Shown here piece by piece: positions 43,129 to 54,041 of a stretch of DNA of 62,103 bases. Every line of letters begins with the position of its first letter. Position 1 is the stretch's first letter. The notes under the pieces were generated by a model that made no database searches, had not been told where the DNA came from, and was given only the letters and a program-made list of their open reading frames with translations. Source of the stretch: Anaerolineales bacterium. GTDB taxonomy: Bacteria; Chloroflexota; Anaerolineae; Anaerolineales; UBA11858. Position numbers and translations under genes: made by a program. The stretch spans positions 1 to 62,103 of the forward strand of contig JASFVL010000002.1 of NCBI GenBank assembly GCA_050049875.1. Reading direction: 5' to 3'.

Positions 43129-43422
43129 CCAAATTTCGATTTTGTCAAGGGGGAATTTTTAAGTTTTCCCCAGGTTGTTTTACCTGACGCTTTGTTTTGT
43201 AGCCCCTGAAACTGTTTGCCCTGCTGCGCGACCCCCATCCGGCCGTACGACAATTGTCAAAACCTTGTCAGCGCTATATCAAGCGGGCATCGCTGCGCCG
43301 TGCTACCCTCCAAAGCAAAGATCAAATTGACTCTCACACCGAGTTTTTGAAGACGGTCAAAGCACCGCTTTGCGCACCCGTGTGGGATATCTTCGAGAAC
43401 ACAGGCGAAGGAGGATGCCTGC

Positions 43423-44067
43423 ATGAACGTCAAACAACGTTGCTTTTTTTATATTTTAGTGCTGGTATTAGTTGCGGGTTGTTCTGGGAACGCCCCCGAG
43501 TTGATCGCCTCCCACCCGCTCAGCACGCCGATCGCGGCTTACCCGGAACACCCACCAGCCCCTCGCGATCCGCTGGTGGTGTACAACGCCACCTTGGAGC
43601 TAGCGGTCTCCAACGTAGATCGGGTCACTGAACGGGCGGTCAGCCTGATATCCGAGTACGGTGGCTACCTAATCAGTTCCCAGTCTTGGTTCATCCAAGA
43701 CCGCAAGCACGCCACGTTACTGCTGGCAGTGCCAGCGGCGAATTTCGATGTTGCCAAGCGCGGATTGCTTGGATTGGGGTCATTGATTAGCGAAAAGGTC
43801 TCCGGAAGGCTAGTAGAGAGCCGCCATTGGCAAAGCGTCGAATATTCCCACATCACTCTGCATCTGCGCCCCAAGGAATCCCTTTGGCCCGACTTGAGAC
43901 TCCCAAACTGGCGACCAGCGCGCACCTTGGCCGACGCTTGGGGGGTCTTCACGGCCATCTTCGGTTTTATCTTGGATGTTTTGATTTGGGTAATCGTGGT
44001 GATTGGGCCGTTTGCCCTGATGGGCTGGGCGCTGAGCGCGTGGATTCGCCGCCGCAGGGCGACTTGA
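43423..44067 (+). CDS. DUF4349-like lipoprotein
   Basis: 214 aa. AAGGAGG RBS, lipobox LVAGCSG, NATLELAVSNVDRVTERAVSLISEYGGYL, and a C-terminal TM segment. Confidence 0.7.
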   Translation: MNVKQRCFFYILVLVLVAGCSGNAPELIASHPLSTPIAAYPEHPPAPRDPLVVYNATLELAVSNVDRVTERAVSLISEYGGYLISSQSWFIQDRKHATLLLAVPAANFDVAKRGLLGLGSLISEKVSGRLVESRHWQSVEYSHITLHLRPKESLWPDLRLPNWRPARTLADAWGVFTAIFGFILDVLIWVIVVIGPFALMGWALSAWIRRRRAT

Positions 44068-44090
44068 GCGAGGTGATTTGCGAGAGCGGT

Positions 44091-45317
44091 CTACTCGTAG
44101 CGCAGCGCTTCCACAGGCTCCAGGCTGGCAGCCCGGTTGGCGGGGTAGATGCCGAAGAACAGCCCTACGGCAGCCGAGAACAAGGTCGCCAGCAGGATTG
44201 CATCCAGACCGACCACTGGGGTGATGTCAGCGTCGTTGGCTGCTGCAATCTGCCCCACCAGGGCGGCGATTCCCCAACCCAGGGCGATGCCCAGCAGACC
44301 TCCGATCAGGCTGAGCAACGAGGATTCGGTCAGAAACTGGATCAAGATGTCGCGTTTGCGGGCACCTAAGGCTTTGCGCAGGCCGATCTCGCGAGTGCGC
44401 TCCATAACCGAAACCAGCATGATGTTCATGATGCCGATCCCGCCGACCAGCAGGGATATGGCTGCGATCCCGCCCAGGAAGATGGTCAGAACACCGGTGA
44501 TGGAGGCGGCTACGTCCAGGAAGTCCTGCTGGTTGAAGATGGTGAAATCGTCGGCGCCGATCGCTGTACGGTGGCGGGTGCGCAATATTTGAGACACTTC
44601 CTCGGCGGCGAGCGGCACACTTTCGGCGTCGACAGCTTGAAGGTAAATCACGTCTACCCGATCGCGCGTCGAACGGCGTAGAAGCCTTGACTGGGCGGTG
44701 GTCATCGGCACCAGCACCTGGTCGTCTTCGCTGCCGAAGGAGGAGCCGCCTTTTTCTTCCAGTACGCCGATCACTCGAAAAGGCTGCCCCTCGATGCGTA
44801 CAGTTTCGCCTTCCAGCCCCGATGTGCGCCCGAAGAGATCTTCGGCGACATCGGTGCCCAAGAGCACGACCGCTGAGCGGCCCAAAATGTGCCCCTCGGT
44901 GATGAATCCGCCTTCGCTTACTGGGGTGTTGCGGACGTGCTCATATTCAGGGGTGACCCCAATCAACGTGGTGACTGTGCTCTCCCCGGAGAAGGAGACC
45001 TCAGCACTGCCCCTCAAAATTGGGGCCACGCCGGTCACTGAGGGTGCCTGGAAGGGATCGGCGATGGCGTCAACGTCGCCCAGGGTCAGGGGCTTAGGGT
45101 TGCGTACGTCCTCACCCCCACCCGAGAAAACGAATAGTAAATTCGTGCCAATGTCTTGGATTTCGCCGGTGATGGAGTTCTCCGCCCCGGTGCCGATGGC
45201 TAACATAGCGATCACCGCACCTACACCGATGACGATTCCCAGAATAGTGAGCCCAGAGCGCAGCTTGTTTGCTGTTAGGCTTTCAAGTGCTTCGATGGTA
45301 GATCTCCAATAATTCAT
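44091..45317 (-). CDS. MacB-type (FtsX-fold) ABC transporter permease
   Basis: 408 aa. N-terminal TM helix, a large extracytoplasmic domain, and C-terminal FtsX helices with the LRKALGARKRDI motif. Confidence 0.9.
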   Translation of the reverse strand: MNYWRSTIEALESLTANKLRSGLTILGIVIGVGAVIAMLAIGTGAENSITGEIQDIGTNLLFVFSGGGEDVRNPKPLTLGDVDAIADPFQAPSVTGVAPILRGSAEVSFSGESTVTTLIGVTPEYEHVRNTPVSEGGFITEGHILGRSAVVLLGTDVAEDLFGRTSGLEGETVRIEGQPFRVIGVLEEKGGSSFGSEDDQVLVPMTTAQSRLLRRSTRDRVDVIYLQAVDAESVPLAAEEVSQILRTRHRTAIGADDFTIFNQQDFLDVAASITGVLTIFLGGIAAISLLVGGIGIMNIMLVSVMERTREIGLRKALGARKRDILIQFLTESSLLSLIGGLLGIALGWGIAALVGQIAAANDADITPVVGLDAILLATLFSAAVGLFFGIYPANRAASLEPVEALRYE

Positions 45318-45998
45318 CTACTCTCTCTCCTCAATCTTACCGTCCAGGATGTGCACGGTGCGTTGGGTCAACTTGGCGATCTCCGGATCGTGGGTGACGA
45401 TGATCAAAGTTGTGCCGCGCTCTTCGTTCAGATTGAGCAGCACTTTCATAACCTCCTCCCCAGATTTGGTGTCCAGGTTACCGGTCGGTTCGTCGGCCAT
45501 CACAATGGCTGGGTTGTTCACTAGGGCGCGGGCGATGGCCACTCTCTGCTGCTGACCGCCAGAGAGTTCGTTTGGACGGTGGTGCACGCGGTCTGCCAGC
45601 CCGACGGCTTCCAACGCATCCAGCGAACGCTGACGGCGGTTCCTCCCGTTGCTGGCATAGCGCAGGGGCAGTTCAACGTTCGCCAGGGCTGTGGAGCGCG
45701 GCAGCAGGTTGAAGGTCTGGAAGACAAAGCCCACCTTGCGGTTGCGGATGTCCGCCAGTTGATCATCGCTCATATCGGCCACGCTTTCTTCCTCCAGGTA
45801 GTATTCGCCGGAAGTCGGGCGGTCGAGGCAGCCTAAGATGTTCATCAGCGTGGATTTTCCGGAGCCGGAGGGCCCCATAATAGCCAAGATCTCACCGGAG
45901 GTGATTTCAATGGACAAGCCGCGCAAGGCGTGCACCTCCACCTCGCCCATTTTGTATACTTTTGTGATCTCCTTTGCAAGCACAACTTGATCGCTCAT
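45318..45998 (-). CDS. MacB/LolD-type ABC transporter ATP-binding protein
   Basis: 226 aa. Walker A GPSGSGKST, signature LSGGQQQRVAIARAL, Walker B IVMADEPTGNLD. Confidence 0.93.
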   Translation of the reverse strand: MSDQVVLAKEITKVYKMGEVEVHALRGLSIEITSGEILAIMGPSGSGKSTLMNILGCLDRPTSGEYYLEEESVADMSDDQLADIRNRKVGFVFQTFNLLPRSTALANVELPLRYASNGRNRRQRSLDALEAVGLADRVHHRPNELSGGQQQRVAIARALVNNPAIVMADEPTGNLDTKSGEEVMKVLLNLNEERGTTLIIVTHDPEIAKLTQRTVHILDGKIEERE

Positions 45999-46000
45999 GG

Positions 46001-47563
46001 TTAATCCTGATTTCTCACAAAGGGAGGAGGCCCGTTAAAGTCAAAGTTTACTGGGGGATTCAGCACGACCGCATCATCCTCTTGTAGGTCGCCATCCAGT
46101 ACTTCGCTGTGGGTATCGGAGCTGGCACCCAGTATAACCGGGATCGGCTCCAGCTCACCGGTCGAGCTTAAAGTGTAGACCACCCGCTGTCCCTCCAGTA
46201 CCCGCACAGCCCGGTTGGGAACCAGCAGGGCCTCTTCCAGCTGGCTGACCACGATGTTAACCGCCGAGGTCATCCCTGGTTTCACGCTCTCATCGGGGTC
46301 CTGCAGCTCAACAGTCACATTGAAGTTGACCACACCTTGCTGTTCTGAACCGACCAGGGCGACCTCCAGCACGTTGCCAGTGTATTCTTGCGCTAAAATC
46401 GCGTCGAAGCTCATCAGTACCTGCTGTCCAACTTCGATTTGGTTGATGTCAATCTCGGAAACTTCCAAGTCGACCAGCAGGCGGGAGAGGTCATCGATGC
46501 GGAAAGCGATTGTTCCAGGGTTGACTTGATCTCCGGGCTTGCTGATCACATCGGTGACGATTCCCTCGAAGGGTGCGGTGATGTGAGCTTGGTCCAAAGT
46601 TGCTTGAGCTGCGGCGATGCGGGCTTCAACCACAGCGATGTCCGCTGGATCGGGACCGTCTTGGAGGCGCTCCCACTCGCGTTGGGCTTCTTCCAGTTGG
46701 GCTTCCAGCAGGGCGATGTCCGCCGGGTTGGGGCCGTCTTTGAGGCGTTCGTATTCCCGCTGAGCGTCGAGCAGCTGCGCCTGGGCGGTGTTCAGGTCGG
46801 CCTGCGCCACCGCGATCTCCGTGGGGGAGCCCGTGCCCAAGAGGCTGTTCAGATAGCGCACCGCAGCGTCATATGTCTGCTGGGCTTCGGCTAATTTGCT
46901 CTGTAGGTTGGCGCGCGTCAGGTTATCTTCGGGTTTGTTAGCGTAGGGCTCGTATTTCTCCCTGGCTTTTTCTAGGGCGTCTTCCGCTAGCACAACCTGC
47001 GCCTCAGCTGCGTCAATGTCTGCCTGGCTGGCAGTGGACTGCAGATTCCTCAGCCTTCGCTCAGCCAACTCGACCGCTTTCTCCGCGTCGGCGATGGCTT
47101 CCTGGGCGCGCGCCTGGGCAAGCTCGGGGTTGAGGGCGTCCTCGAGGGCCTGTTGGGCGTCTTCGACGGCTTGCAATGCTTGAGCCTGCTGCAGGCTGGA
47201 ATTCAGCAGATTATCCAGTTCCCTTTGGGCGCTGACCAGATCAGCCTGCGCTAGGATCACGTTTTGGGGCAGGGAGGTTTGGGAAATGGAGGCTAACTCC
47301 TGATCCTTGACGATTTGGTCGCCGACCTCAACGTTAACCTGCTCGACCGTCCCAGAGGTTTGCCAAGAGAGCAGTGCGCTCTGATTGGAGTGCACTTTCC
47401 CCGTTGCCCCGATGGTAGCGACCAGGGTGCCGCGCTCGATATTCGCGGTTTGTAGCTCGGCTAGCATGGCTTCCTGCTGTTGTTGGGCGCTGAATCTGCG
47501 GTAGGCGAAGAAGGCGCCCCCGAGCACTGCCAGCACCACGATAGCGATGAGAACTCTTTTCAT
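46001..47563 (-). CDS. HlyD/MacA-type periplasmic adaptor (paralog 1) with long coiled coil
   Basis: 520 aa. N-terminal TM helix, a lipoyl-like domain, and an internally repeated coiled coil (REYERLKDGPNPADIALLEAQL / REWERLQDGPDPADIAVVEARI). Confidence 0.85.
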   Translation of the reverse strand: MKRVLIAIVVLAVLGGAFFAYRRFSAQQQQEAMLAELQTANIERGTLVATIGATGKVHSNQSALLSWQTSGTVEQVNVEVGDQIVKDQELASISQTSLPQNVILAQADLVSAQRELDNLLNSSLQQAQALQAVEDAQQALEDALNPELAQARAQEAIADAEKAVELAERRLRNLQSTASQADIDAAEAQVVLAEDALEKAREKYEPYANKPEDNLTRANLQSKLAEAQQTYDAAVRYLNSLLGTGSPTEIAVAQADLNTAQAQLLDAQREYERLKDGPNPADIALLEAQLEEAQREWERLQDGPDPADIAVVEARIAAAQATLDQAHITAPFEGIVTDVISKPGDQVNPGTIAFRIDDLSRLLVDLEVSEIDINQIEVGQQVLMSFDAILAQEYTGNVLEVALVGSEQQGVVNFNVTVELQDPDESVKPGMTSAVNIVVSQLEEALLVPNRAVRVLEGQRVVYTLSSTGELEPIPVILGASSDTHSEVLDGDLQEDDAVVLNPPVNFDFNGPPPFVRNQD

Positions 47564-47639
47564 AATTTATTCAACCTTTACACAAATACGTTACTTTTGG
47601 ACTAGGGATTTCATTAAGCACTCCTAAGCCCAGTATTTT

Positions 47640-49232
47640 TTATGGATGGCCCGGGGACCCTGGACCTGTCGGAAGAACCGCCGGGGGATTGAGAACGATT
47701 CGATCCCCGACTTGTAGGTCCCCCGCCAGGACTTCGCTGTGGGTATCCGAGGTTGCTCCCAGGCTGATTTCTATCTTGTCTAGACTGCCGTCATTCTTCA
47801 AGATGTGGATTGTGTGTTTACCTTGCTCGAGACGGACGGCTTGGTTGGGGACCAGCAAAACATCAGGATGTCGGCTGATCACGATGTTGGCCGATGAGGT
47901 CATGCCCGGCTTGATGGTTTCGTTAGGGTTCATTAACTCAACGGTAACTTTGAAATTAACCACGCCAAGCAGTTCTGTTCCTGCGGTGGCGACCTGAACG
48001 ACCTTTCCATTATATTCTTTCGCCAGTATGGCGTCGAAGGTCAGCACCACAGCTTGCCCAACCTCGATCCGATTGATCTCTACTTCGGAGATTTGCAGGT
48101 CCACGAACAGGTGGGAGAGATCGTCCAAGCGGAAAGCCGGGCTTCCGGCGCTGACCTGATCACCGGGCTGGTTCTCGACGCGGGTGATCGTTCCGCTGAA
48201 GGGTGCGCTGATGTGAGTCTGCTCTAAGGTAGCTTGAGCCGCGGCGATGCGGGCTTCTGCCACCGCAATGTCGGCGGGATCCGGACCATCGCGCAGGCGC
48301 CGCCATTCACGCTGGGCATCCTCGAGCTGGGCTTCCAGCAGGGCGATCTCGGCCGGGCTGGATCCATCCTTGGTACGTTGCCACGCTCGCTGGGCCTCTT
48401 CAAGCTGCGCATGAGCTGTCGTTAGCTCTGCCTCGGCGACGGCAACGTCATTTTCGTTGGGTGGTTCGAGCAGTTGGTTGTATTTGGATACCGCCTGCTC
48501 GTAATTGATTTGATCCTCGGTCAGCTGAATCTGCACCCTTTTGAGGATTTTTCGATAAAGTGATTTGCTTTCCCAGGGTTGGTAGGTGCTGACGTGCCTT
48601 TTCATACGGTTTTCGATGCGGGTGATGATTTCACGAATTTGATCCAGTTTGTTCTCTGCCAGCAACATGTTAGCGTACGCTTGGTCAACGCTGAATTGAG
48701 AAGGGCGCTTGGTGAGAATCTCCAGGCGCTGCTGGGCATCCTCGAGAGCCTGTTCGGCTTCGGCGAGGGCTTGGAGCGCTGTGGCCTGTGCCAAAGCGGG
48801 GTTTTGAGCTTCCTCCAGAGCTAACTGGGCTTCATCGACGCCCTTCCATGCCCTAGCCCTTTGTAGATCGGAGTTCAGCAAATCGTCTAGGGCTCTTTGG
48901 GCGCTGATCAGGTCAGCTTGAGCTTGGAGGACGTGCGGTGGCAGGGATGCGGTATCTAAGGTGGTCAGAACCTGTCCGGATGCGACCTGGTCCCCAATTT
49001 GAACGTCAACCTGAGCGACTGTACCGCGCGTCTTCCAGGTCAGCAGTGCAGTTTGGTTCGCTCGTACCGCGCCCGTAGCGTTCACCGTTGCGTTTAGCGA
49101 CCCGCGCTCGACTGTTACGGTGTTCAGCTTACCCATTTCAGCGAGACGCCCCTGCGAGCGATACCACTGCAGGGCGAAGAAGCTGCCTATGAATGTGATA
49201 GCGATAAAGCCGATAATGAGGTACTTTTTCAT
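47640..49232 (-). CDS. HlyD/MacA-type periplasmic adaptor (paralog 2)
   Basis: 530 aa. Same architecture as paralog 1, with long blocks shared (REWRRLRDGPDPADIAVAEARIAAAQATLEQTHISAPF). Confidence 0.85.
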   Translation of the reverse strand: MKKYLIIGFIAITFIGSFFALQWYRSQGRLAEMGKLNTVTVERGSLNATVNATGAVRANQTALLTWKTRGTVAQVDVQIGDQVASGQVLTTLDTASLPPHVLQAQADLISAQRALDDLLNSDLQRARAWKGVDEAQLALEEAQNPALAQATALQALAEAEQALEDAQQRLEILTKRPSQFSVDQAYANMLLAENKLDQIREIITRIENRMKRHVSTYQPWESKSLYRKILKRVQIQLTEDQINYEQAVSKYNQLLEPPNENDVAVAEAELTTAHAQLEEAQRAWQRTKDGSSPAEIALLEAQLEDAQREWRRLRDGPDPADIAVAEARIAAAQATLEQTHISAPFSGTITRVENQPGDQVSAGSPAFRLDDLSHLFVDLQISEVEINRIEVGQAVVLTFDAILAKEYNGKVVQVATAGTELLGVVNFKVTVELMNPNETIKPGMTSSANIVISRHPDVLLVPNQAVRLEQGKHTIHILKNDGSLDKIEISLGATSDTHSEVLAGDLQVGDRIVLNPPAVLPTGPGSPGHP

Positions 49233-49529
49233 TTCGTATCAAGTGGTCTCTCAGCGGTATCTGGACCTATGGCTTGATGGTACAAGAGGCCATACACTGG
49301 CTGAGATTACCGAAAACCTGCAAGATTATACCCAATAATTCGTGGTCAAAAGGGGTTGAAAATTCATTCACCTGCTTTGGGTCCAGGGTACCCAGTTAGG
49401 CAATTTTTTGCAGTTCAAGGATAGCATGGTATTGTGAAAAAATGATGAAGACCAGATGCTGGTGTCGTGTGATGTGTTTTAGATATTCCATGATCAGATT
49501 CTATCGTATTCCAGCAAAGTTGTCCCACT

Positions 49530-49545
49530 TGTGACAACCATCACA
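49530..49545. promoter_or_regulatory. Perfect CRP/FNR-type palindrome TGTGA-N6-TCACA
   Basis: TGTGACAACCATCACA lies 135 nt upstream of the gltD-like ATG. ACTTGTGACA is repeated at 49527-49536 and 49571-49580. Confidence 0.5.
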
Positions 49546-49679
49546 GCAATTGGTGACATCTGCGATAGCAACTTGTGACATTTTCCACTTAATTAAAACC
49601 TCTTTGCTCGTTATTATCAGGTTTAGCATCCGAATGGAACTTTGGATCTTTTTAACAGCGAAGAGGAGAACAAAACCTA

Positions 49680-51110
49680 ATGCAAGCTATTCCCAGCGAG
49701 TTATTGGCCATTGACCGCAAAGCCCGCGCTCGAGTTCCTTTCGAAGATGTGGAGCTGCGTCCGCCCGAGGAGCGGGTGTGTGATTTTGATGATGTGGTTA
49801 TCCAGTTGGACGACGAACGTGCCATGTTGGAAGCCGCTCGCTGTATCCACTGTCCTGACCCAGCCGCCTGTGTCGTTGCCTGCCCGGCGCACAACGATAT
49901 TCCCTCAGCGATGTGGTTGATCGAGCAAGGGCAATTTCTGGAGGCTGCCAAATTGTACCGCCAGACTAGTTCCCTGCCTGAGGTCTGCGGGCGGGTCTGC
50001 CCTCACGAGCAAATGTGCCAAGGCTCATGCGTGCGTAACAAATCAGAGGGGCCAGTGCTGACCGGCGCATTGGAGGCCTTTGTGACCGATTACCAGCGCC
50101 GGGTTGACGGTGTAGCATTCCCCACGGAAGGGCAGTCGGGTAAGCAAGTAGCCATCGTAGGAGCGGGGCCGGCCGGTTTAGCCTGCGCTGAGCAACTTCT
50201 TCTCAAAGGGCACGATGTGACGATCTTTGAGGCTAAACCTGGCCCTGGTGGTCTGTTGACCTACGGGATCCCAAATTTTAAGCTGCCCAAAGATGTGGTC
50301 TTCGAGCGCATTGGCGACTTAGAGAAGAGCGGTGTCAAGTTTGTATATAGCACCTACATCGGCAAGGACAAAAGCATTGACGACTTGTTTGAAGGTGGCT
50401 TCGATGCCGTCTTCGTGGGTGTGGGGACACAGGTCGATGCCCCGCTGAAGGCTGAAGGTGTGGACCTTCCTGGGGTTTACCAAGCCACGGAGTTCCTGAT
50501 TCGAGCGAACGTCGCCGAAGATTTGCTCCCTCCCAAGGTGGGTGGCAAACCCGAGGTGGGGCGCAAGGTTGTGGTGATCGGGGGCGGGGATACAGCTTCC
50601 GATGCGCTCCGATCTGCACTGCGCTTGGGCGCTGAAGAAGTGGTTTGTTTGTACCGCCGTACGGAGAACGAGATGCCAGGTGGGGTCAAAGACCGAAAAC
50701 TGGCTCGCCAAGAAGGTGCGCAGTTCCAGTTCCTCACCCAACCGATTAAGTTCATCCCTGGAGAGGATGGACGCCTCGCACAGGTGGAATGCCTGCGCAT
50801 GGAGTTGGGTGAGCCAGATGAGTCGGGTCGCCGTCGTCCGGTACCGATTGAAGGGTCCAATTTCATCGTGGAAGCTGATACCGCTGTTCTAGCTCTAGGT
50901 TATTGGCCCGACCCCACGATCGGCGAAACCACCCCTGACATAGAAACCCATAACTGGGGTCTGATTGTTGTGGATGAGAGCACCGGGGCCACATCACGAC
51001 CTGGGGTTTACGCCGGTGGAGACGCCGTCACAGGACCCGATTTGGTGGTAACGGCTATGGTCGCGGGGCGCAAAGCTGCTGCTGCGATTGATGAATATCT
51101 AAACGCTTAG
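49680..51110 (+). CDS. Glutamate synthase small-subunit (GltD)-like NAD(P)H-dependent Fe-S flavoprotein
   Basis: 476 aa. N-terminal Fe-S cysteines CIHCPDPACVVACP and CGRVCPHEQMCQGSC, two Rossmann motifs VAIVGAGPAGLACA and VVVIGGGDTASD. No large subunit is adjacent. Confidence 0.85.
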   Translation: MQAIPSELLAIDRKARARVPFEDVELRPPEERVCDFDDVVIQLDDERAMLEAARCIHCPDPAACVVACPAHNDIPSAMWLIEQGQFLEAAKLYRQTSSLPEVCGRVCPHEQMCQGSCVRNKSEGPVLTGALEAFVTDYQRRVDGVAFPTEGQSGKQVAIVGAGPAGLACAEQLLLKGHDVTIFEAKPGPGGLLTYGIPNFKLPKDVVFERIGDLEKSGVKFVYSTYIGKDKSIDDLFEGGFDAVFVGVGTQVDAPLKAEGVDLPGVYQATEFLIRANVAEDLLPPKVGGKPEVGRKVVVIGGGDTASDALRSALRLGAEEVVCLYRRTENEMPGGVKDRKLARQEGAQFQFLTQPIKFIPGEDGRLAQVECLRMELGEPDESGRRRPVPIEGSNFIVEADTAVLALGYWPDPTIGETTPDIETHNWGLIVVDESTGATSRPGVYAGGDAVTGPDLVVTAMVAGRKAAAAIDEYLNA

Positions 51111-51168
51111 AAGATCACTTTGGGGTATTGAATCTTATCTACGATTAACCTCTCCTCCTTTCGCTAAT

Positions 51169-51200
51169 GCGAGCGGCTCCGTTTTTGCGGAGCCGCTCGC
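51169..51200. terminator. Perfect 13-bp-stem hairpin after the gltD-like gene
   Basis: GCGAGCGGCTCCG-TTTTTG-CGGAGCCGCTCGC. There is no strong U-tract, so it may be a REP-like element rather than a terminator. Confidence 0.45.
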
Positions 51201-51506
51201 CAATTTAAACGGGCTGGGGTAATTTGGGTTTGGGTAATGGACGGTTTCGCCGCCCATTACCAAACCAACAGGATATCATTTAAGTGCCCACAAAACGCCC
51301 CCAACTAAGGGTTTTTTAATGGAAAAAGGGTATAATTAAGCTTGGGCGCGCCAGTACTTGGGCGCATTTTTTAACGTGGTCAAGACCGCCCCTGTGATCA
51401 TGAAATTATGCAATTTACTAGATGGAGAGGTGGTGTAATCGGGGAGCAAAGACCCCCGCCCTATCCCTTCAAATACGTGAGTTTTAGATAAAAACTTGGT
51501 CAAAAA

Positions 51507-53978
51507 ATGGAAATAGGAATAGTTCAATCCGTAGACATTGACGATCAAATGCGCTCAGCATACCTGGATTACGCCATGAGCGTGATTGTGTCGCGTGCCC
51601 TGCCGGATTCCCGCGACGGGCTCAAACCGGTCCATAGGCGCATTCTATACGCCATGCACGATATGGGAATCCGCTCCAACAGCAGCTATAAAAAATCCGC
51701 CCGCATCGTTGGCGAAGTGTTGGGGAAATATCATCCCCACGGCGATAGCGCGGTGTACGACGCCATGGCACGGATGGCTCAAAGCTTTTCCATGCGCTAC
51801 CCTCTGGTGGATGGACAGGGCAACTTCGGCTCCATCGATGGCGATTCCCCCGCGGCCATGCGTTACACCGAAGCCCGTATGGGGCGTATGGCTGAAGAGA
51901 TGCTCACCGATATCGAAAAGGAAACCGTTGACTTTGTAGATAACTTCGACGGTTCGCTGGAAGAGCCTGATGTCCTGCCCGCCCGCTTGCCCAACCTGCT
52001 GCTCAATGGTTCATCGGGCATCGCGGTGGGTATGGCTACCAATATCCCGCCGCACAACTTGAGAGAGTTGGTCAAGGCCCTCACCTACCTGATCGATCAC
52101 TATGACAACATGGATGAGGTCACCATCGAGGATTTGTTGGAGTTCATTCCCGGTCCCGACTTTCCCACGGGAGGGGTGATTGTGGGGGATGAAGGCATTC
52201 GCCAAGCCTACAGTACCGGGCGTGGGCGCATCATTTTGCGGGGTATGGCGGTCATCGAGGAGATGTCGGGCGGGCGCTACCGCATCGTGATCACCGAGAT
52301 CCCCTTCCAGCTCAACAAGACCACCCTTATTGAACGCATCGCTGATCTTTACCGCAGCGGCAGGATCAATAGCATTTCCGACATGCGCGACGAGTCTGAC
52401 CGGCGGGGCATGAGCATTGTGGTCGAACTCAAGCGCACTGCGCAGCCCCGCAAGGTGCTCAACCAGCTCTATAAATACACACCGTTGCAATCCACGTTTG
52501 GTGCTCAGGTATTAGCCCTGGTCGATGGTAAGCCGCGTTTGCTGCCTTTGAAGCGCGCCTTACAGATATATATCGAGCACCGTTTGGAGGTGCTCACCCG
52601 CCGCACCCAGTTCGAGCTGGATAAAGCCCGCCACCGCGCCCACATCTTGGAGGGGTTGCTCATCGCTTTGGCGAATTTGGACGATGTAATTCAGACCATT
52701 CGACAATCTCCGGACGCGGAGGTGGCTCGCCAGAGTTTAATCAGCCGTTTTGAGCTCACCGAGGTACAGGCTCGGGCTATCTTGGATATGCAGTTGCGCA
52801 GGCTGGCTGCTTTGGAGCGTCAAAAGATTGAAGATGAGCATAGCGATCTGCTCGAACGGATCGCTTATCTGGATGACTTGTTAGCTCATCCCAAGAAGCT
52901 GCTGGTTTTGATCAAAGAAGACCTGCAGGATGTGGCTGATAAGTACGGTGACGAACGCCGCACCCGCATTGCCCCCGACGCCAGCAGTGATCTGCGTGAT
53001 GAGGACCTAGTCGCCGACGAGTCCGTGCTCATCAGCATAACCGAGCGCGGATATATCAAGCGCGTCTCAGCGAAGACCTATCGCTCCCAAAGGCGGGGAG
53101 GACGTGGTGTTAAGGGGCATACCACGCGCGACGAAGACGAAGTCCTCATGCTGCTCCCAGCCCGCACGCTGGACACGATTCTCTTTTTCTCCGATCGCGG
53201 CAAAGTCTACTCCGAGAAGACTTACCAGATTCCCGATGCTGGGCGCACGGCGCGCGGCATTCCCATTGTCAATGTGCTTGCCATCGATCCAGGGGAAACA
53301 ATCACCGCGGCTGTGACTGTGCCCGATTTCGATGCGGCTGAGTACTGCACGATGGTCACCCGCCACGGGCGTGTTAAGCGCGTCGGTCTCTCGGAGTTTG
53401 CCTCCGTGCGTCCCTCCGGTCTGATTGCCATTAGCCTGGACGAAAATGATGAGTTGGGGTGGGTGCGACCGACGCGTGGTTCGGATGAGATTATCATCGT
53501 CACTAAGCTCGGTAAAGCCCTGCGTTTCTCCGAAAAAGAAGTCCGCCCTGTAGGAAGAACAGCCAAAGGGGTAATCGGGATTCGGCTTCAGAAGCGTGAT
53601 GAAGTCATCGGTATGGAGGTGATAGAACCGGGAGGGGATTTGCTGGTGGTCACAACCAAAGGTTACGGTAAACGCACCCCCTTGAGCGAGTACGCCGCCA
53701 AGAGTCGCGCTACGCTGGGTGTCTTGACGACGGTTCGTAAAGCGCTTCCCAAGATCGGCACCATCGCCTTGGCTCGGGTTGTGCAGCCGGAGGAAGATCT
53801 CATCACCTTAATCTCATCTAACGGCATTGTGCTGCGCACTAAGGCGGATGCGATCACTCAGACGGGTCGGGCTACTCGCGGTGTGCGGGTGATGGATCTA
53901 AAAGAGGGGGACACGGTCGCTTCCTTAGCTCGAATTGCTGCGGCTGATTTGCGGCGAGTAGGAGCAGCGAACGATTGA
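51507..53978 (+). CDS. gyrA: DNA gyrase subunit A
   Basis: 823 aa. Begins [32 protein letters not shown], active-site region [10 protein letters not shown], and a C-terminal beta-pinwheel repeat region. Confidence 0.95.
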   Translation: MEIGIVQSVDIDDQMRSAYLDYAMSVIVSRALPDSRDGLKPVHRRILYAMHDMGIRSNSSYKKSARIVGEVLGKYHPHGDSAVYDAMARMAQSFSMRYPLVDGQGNFGSIDGDSPAAMRYTEARMGRMAEEMLTDIEKETVDFVDNFDGSLEEPDVLPARLPNLLLNGSSGIAVGMATNIPPHNLRELVKALTYLIDHYDNMDEVTIEDLLEFIPGPDFPTGGVIVGDEGIRQAYSTGRGRIILRGMAVIEEMSGGRYRIVITEIPFQLNKTTLIERIADLYRSGRINSISDMRDESDRRGMSIVVELKRTAQPRKVLNQLYKYTPLQSTFGAQVLALVDGKPRLLPLKRALQIYIEHRLEVLTRRTQFELDKARHRAHILEGLLIALANLDDVIQTIRQSPDAEVARQSLISRFELTEVQARAILDMQLRRLAALERQKIEDEHSDLLERIAYLDDLLAHPKKLLVLIKEDLQDVADKYGDERRTRIAPDASSDLRDEDLVADESVLISITERGYIKRVSAKTYRSQRRGGRGVKGHTTRDEDEVLMLLPARTLDTILFFSDRGKVYSEKTYQIPDAGRTARGIPIVNVLAIDPGETITAAVTVPDFDAAEYCTMVTRHGRVKRVGLSEFASVRPSGLIAISLDENDELGWVRPTRGSDEIIIVTKLGKALRFSEKEVRPVGRTAKGVIGIRLQKRDEVIGMEVIEPGGDLLVVTTKGYGKRTPLSEYAAKSRATLGVLTTVRKALPKIGTIALARVVQPEEDLITLISSNGIVLRTKADAITQTGRATRGVRVMDLKEGDTVASLARIAAADLRRVGAAND

Positions 53979-53983
53979 ACCAT

Positions 53984-54034
53984 GGCTGCACAATCGTCAT
54001 GACGATGGATAGCGGCTTGTGGGGTTGTGCAGCC
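53984..54034. terminator. Hairpin between convergent gyrA and small membrane gene
   Basis: GGCTGCACAA (53984-53993) pairs with TTGTGCAGCC (54025-54034). The loop contains the palindrome TCGTCATGACGA. Confidence 0.4.
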
Positions 54035-54041
54035 AGCGGTT

